Sequence record: SRR22947725_940
Length of the DNA: 39,563 nucleotides
Reading direction: 5' to 3' (one strand)
The number at the start of each line of letters is the position of its first letter. The stretch's first letter is position 1. Positions 37,464 through 39,563 of the stretch are shown one piece after another. The notes beneath the pieces were generated by a model, which was not told the origin of the DNA, ran no database searches, and saw only the letters and a program-made list of their open reading frames with translations. The translations under genes and the position numbers were made by a program.

Positions 37464-37763
37464 TCATCCACTTGAATTCGGTCTTGACAACCGTTTGACA
37501 ACACCTGAGAACGTAGCTGCATCATTCAACCGGTCCGCGACGGCGTTCAGGTCATCGTCGAACAGGTCTGCGTAAGTATCAAGAGTCATCGCAGCCGACG
37601 CATGGCCAAGCATCCGCTGGACTGCTTTTACGTTTGCGCCGACGCTCACAGCCAACGATGCGGCGGTGTGTCTCAGATCGTGAAAGGTCATCTTCGGCAG
37701 GCCGGCAGTAGATAGCGCTGTCAGGAACCAGCTTCTGCTTCCCTCGCTGACTCTGGTTCGCTT
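37464..37763 (-). pseudogene. Truncated tyrosine recombinase (phage-type integrase), C-terminal ~100 aa only
   Basis: Frame reads KRTRVSEGSRSWFLTALSTAGLPKMTFHDLRHTAASLA...VQRMLGHASAAMTLDTYADL (HxLR, LGH, catalytic Y); in-frame TAG at 37788-37790 upstream; N-terminal domains and first catalytic Arg absent; converges on the tRNA 3' end. Confidence 0.9.
37484..37502. repeat. Tandem direct repeat TTGACAAC x2, candidate integrase arm-type sites
   Basis: TTGACAAC at 37484-91 and 37495-502 (11-bp period), in the integrase 3' end about 75 bp from the tRNA. Confidence 0.5.
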
Positions 37764-37977
37764 TATATCAGGGACGCTGTTGACTGACTAATTGGCTGAC
37801 CTCCGAGGGTGATGTTTGCATTGATTGCGCCTCGCTTTCCCTGCGGGAGGTTCACCCACCTCCCAAAACCGCAAGTGGGTCTCTCCGATGGGGCCAGACA
37901 TTCCTCCACTGCCGTGAGCGAGATGTCGGGCAAACAATTCTCCGAGACGTAAAGCCCTCTGCGGCTATGCTTTTACC

Positions 37978-39243
37978 GTGAAGCGTAGTTTCTCTGGTTA
38001 CTGGCCGTGGATTGTGGTCGCGGTCACATTCCTCGCACTCATTGCGGCGGCCGCGTTTCGCTCAACGGTCTCTCTGCTATTCGAGCCAATGGAGAGCGAG
38101 TTTGGCTGGGACCGCACGATTGTCTCGGTCGCCATCGGAGTGAACTTGTTTTTTTATGGGATTACGGCCCCATTTGCGGCGACCTTGATGAATCGGTTCT
38201 CAATACGCTCGGTCGCCGTCGTCGCGCTGGCACTCATCGCCATCGGCTCCGCTCTGGCCGTAATTTTTCCGACCCCCCTGGGACTCATCCTGACGTGGGG
38301 AGTTCTCATTGGTTTCGCCACCGGTTGCCTCGCTCTAGTCTTTGCCTCGATGGTGGCAGGCCGCTGGTTTCATCGGCATCGCGGTCTTATCACCGGTGTC
38401 TTTTCAGCCGCCTACGCCACAGGTTCGCTTATTTTCCTTCCGCTCTTGAGTCTCGTGCTGACCACAAGTGGGTGGAGAGCGACGGCTTTCACAGTGGCGT
38501 CTTCAGCGGTCGCCATCATGGTTGTCTTCGGACTTCTGTTTCGAGACAAGCCCTCAGAGGTCGGGTTGCGCCCCTTCGGCCTGGCAGCTGATGCACCAGT
38601 CCAGGACTCCACTGGGCCGATCAGTGTCAGAGCAAATTTCGCCCTTCTCGGGGAGGTCGTGCGAACACGGCCATTTCTGATTCTTGCGGGAACATTCTTC
38701 ATCTGTGGGTGGACAACAAACGGGCTAATCGGCTCACATTTCATTCCTGCCACCCACGACCACGGGATGCCTGTGACTACCGCCGCCGGTTTGCTCGCTT
38801 TAATTGGCGTGTTTGACTTCATCGGGACCATCCTGTCCGGATATCTGACCGACAGGTTCAATCCAATAATTCTCCTGGCCATCTATTACGGCTTCCGAGG
38901 GGTCGCACTCTTCTCAGTCCCTTTCCTGCTCGGCCCCACTGTCGAGCCTCCTATGTTCTTCTTTGTCGTCTTCTACGGATTGGACTGGATTGCCACAGTG
39001 CCGCCGACCATCGAGCTATGCCGTCGATACTTCGGTATTGAGCGGTCGGGCGTGGTCTTTGGATGGGTGTTTGCGAGCCATATGATTGGCGCCGGATTCG
39101 CTTCTGTCTTTGCAGGAATCATCAGAGACCTGCAAGGCACTTATCTCATCGCGTGGATCACAGCCGCAATTTTGTGCATGCTCGCGACAGCCGCAGTCTG
39201 GACGTTGAGAAACGATTCGGAGGCAATAACTTCCCCAACATAG
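37978..39243 (+). CDS. MFS transporter (YbfB/YjiJ / oxalate:formate antiporter-like)
   Basis: About 12 TM segments; LMNRFSIR, RWFHRHRG, FFICGWTTNG, GYLTDRF, GLDWIATVPPT. Confidence 0.9.
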   Translation: MKRSFSGYWPWIVVAVTFLALIAAAAFRSTVSLLFEPMESEFGWDRTIVSVAIGVNLFFYGITAPFAATLMNRFSIRSVAVVALALIAIGSALAVIFPTPLGLILTWGVLIGFATGCLALVFASMVAGRWFHRHRGLITGVFSAAYATGSLIFLPLLSLVLTTSGWRATAFTVASSAVAIMVVFGLLFRDKPSEVGLRPFGLAADAPVQDSTGPISVRANFALLGEVVRTRPFLILAGTFFICGWTTNGLIGSHFIPATHDHGMPVTTAAGLLALIGVFDFIGTILSGYLTDRFNPIILLAIYYGFRGVALFSVPFLLGPTVEPPMFFFVVFYGLDWIATVPPTIELCRRYFGIERSGVVFGWVFASHMIGAGFASVFAGIIRDLQGTYLIAWITAAILCMLATAAVWTLRNDSEAITSPT

Positions 39244-39563
39244 AGCCAGGAGCAGACATCCGCTTCCGTGGGGAACCAGGTTCTGGAACGCCTTGGGTCG
39301 AGAGCTTCCTGACTGCGGGCGCAGGACAGGTTGGACACGTCCCCGAATGGTCAGCCCCCAAAGTCTTCGACCAACTCGAGCCAGAAGGCGGCACTGTCTC
39401 GCTCGGGGCCCGACTCTATCTTGATGACGCAAATGCCCGACCACAGAAGAACTCGGTGACACTAATTCTCGAGTCGCGGCTTCTCGTCCAATGATACGCC
39501 CGGGGCACAGCTACGCAGTTTGCCATGAAGGTGAGCAATACAATGCCGACGGAAAACGCAGCA

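Noticed and set aside
39416..39563. Open minus-strand frame entering from the right edge (AAFSVGIVLLTFMANC...SSR*) and a plus-strand ATG at 39525 open to the edge
   Set aside because: Both are too short and cut by the window edge; I cannot tell which, if either, is coding
1..39563. CRISPR arrays, IS elements, rRNA and known riboswitch families
   Set aside because: By eye I saw no regularly spaced repeats, transposase ORFs, rRNA-like sequence or recognisable riboswitch consensus; intergenic spaces are mostly under 150 bp

Overview
High-GC actinobacterial chromosomal segment, densely coding and mostly housekeeping or transport. The gene set (nucS, circularly permuted lplA, pheA-serS-Cof-tRNA-Ser, LCP) and compact layout suggest a small-genome Microbacteriaceae; this taxonomy is my inference. 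In order: 3' part of tRNA-Leu(CAG); SDR plus GabD2-like aldehyde dehydrogenase; copZ-copA; a minus-strand run (hypothetical, MFS, HAD, nucS, MFS, MATE); M13 peptidase; a small-membrane-protein/holin-III/DUF3618-like trio; acuI-like and pfkA; an arginine/proline catabolic cluster (putA, Lrp, amidinotransferase-fold enzyme, rocD); an Fe3+ ABC transporter with an IdeR-like box; acyl-CoA-dehydrogenase-fold enzyme, alpha/beta hydrolase, lplA, FecCD permease plus ATPase; GNAT, MalY/PatB, pheA, serS, Cof HAD, tRNA-Ser(TGA), LCP, tRNA-Ser(GCT). The window ends in a decayed integrative-element edge (truncated tyrosine integrase, MFS cargo, possible HIRAN remnant). I found no clearly new multi-gene system. 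The best leads are a Cys-rich insertion in the iron ABC ATPase, a probable stand-alone arginine dihydrolase route with phased Lrp-like sites, the island remnant at tRNA-Ser(GCT), and pervasive leaderless promoters. All product calls come from motif recognition only; no database searches were run.
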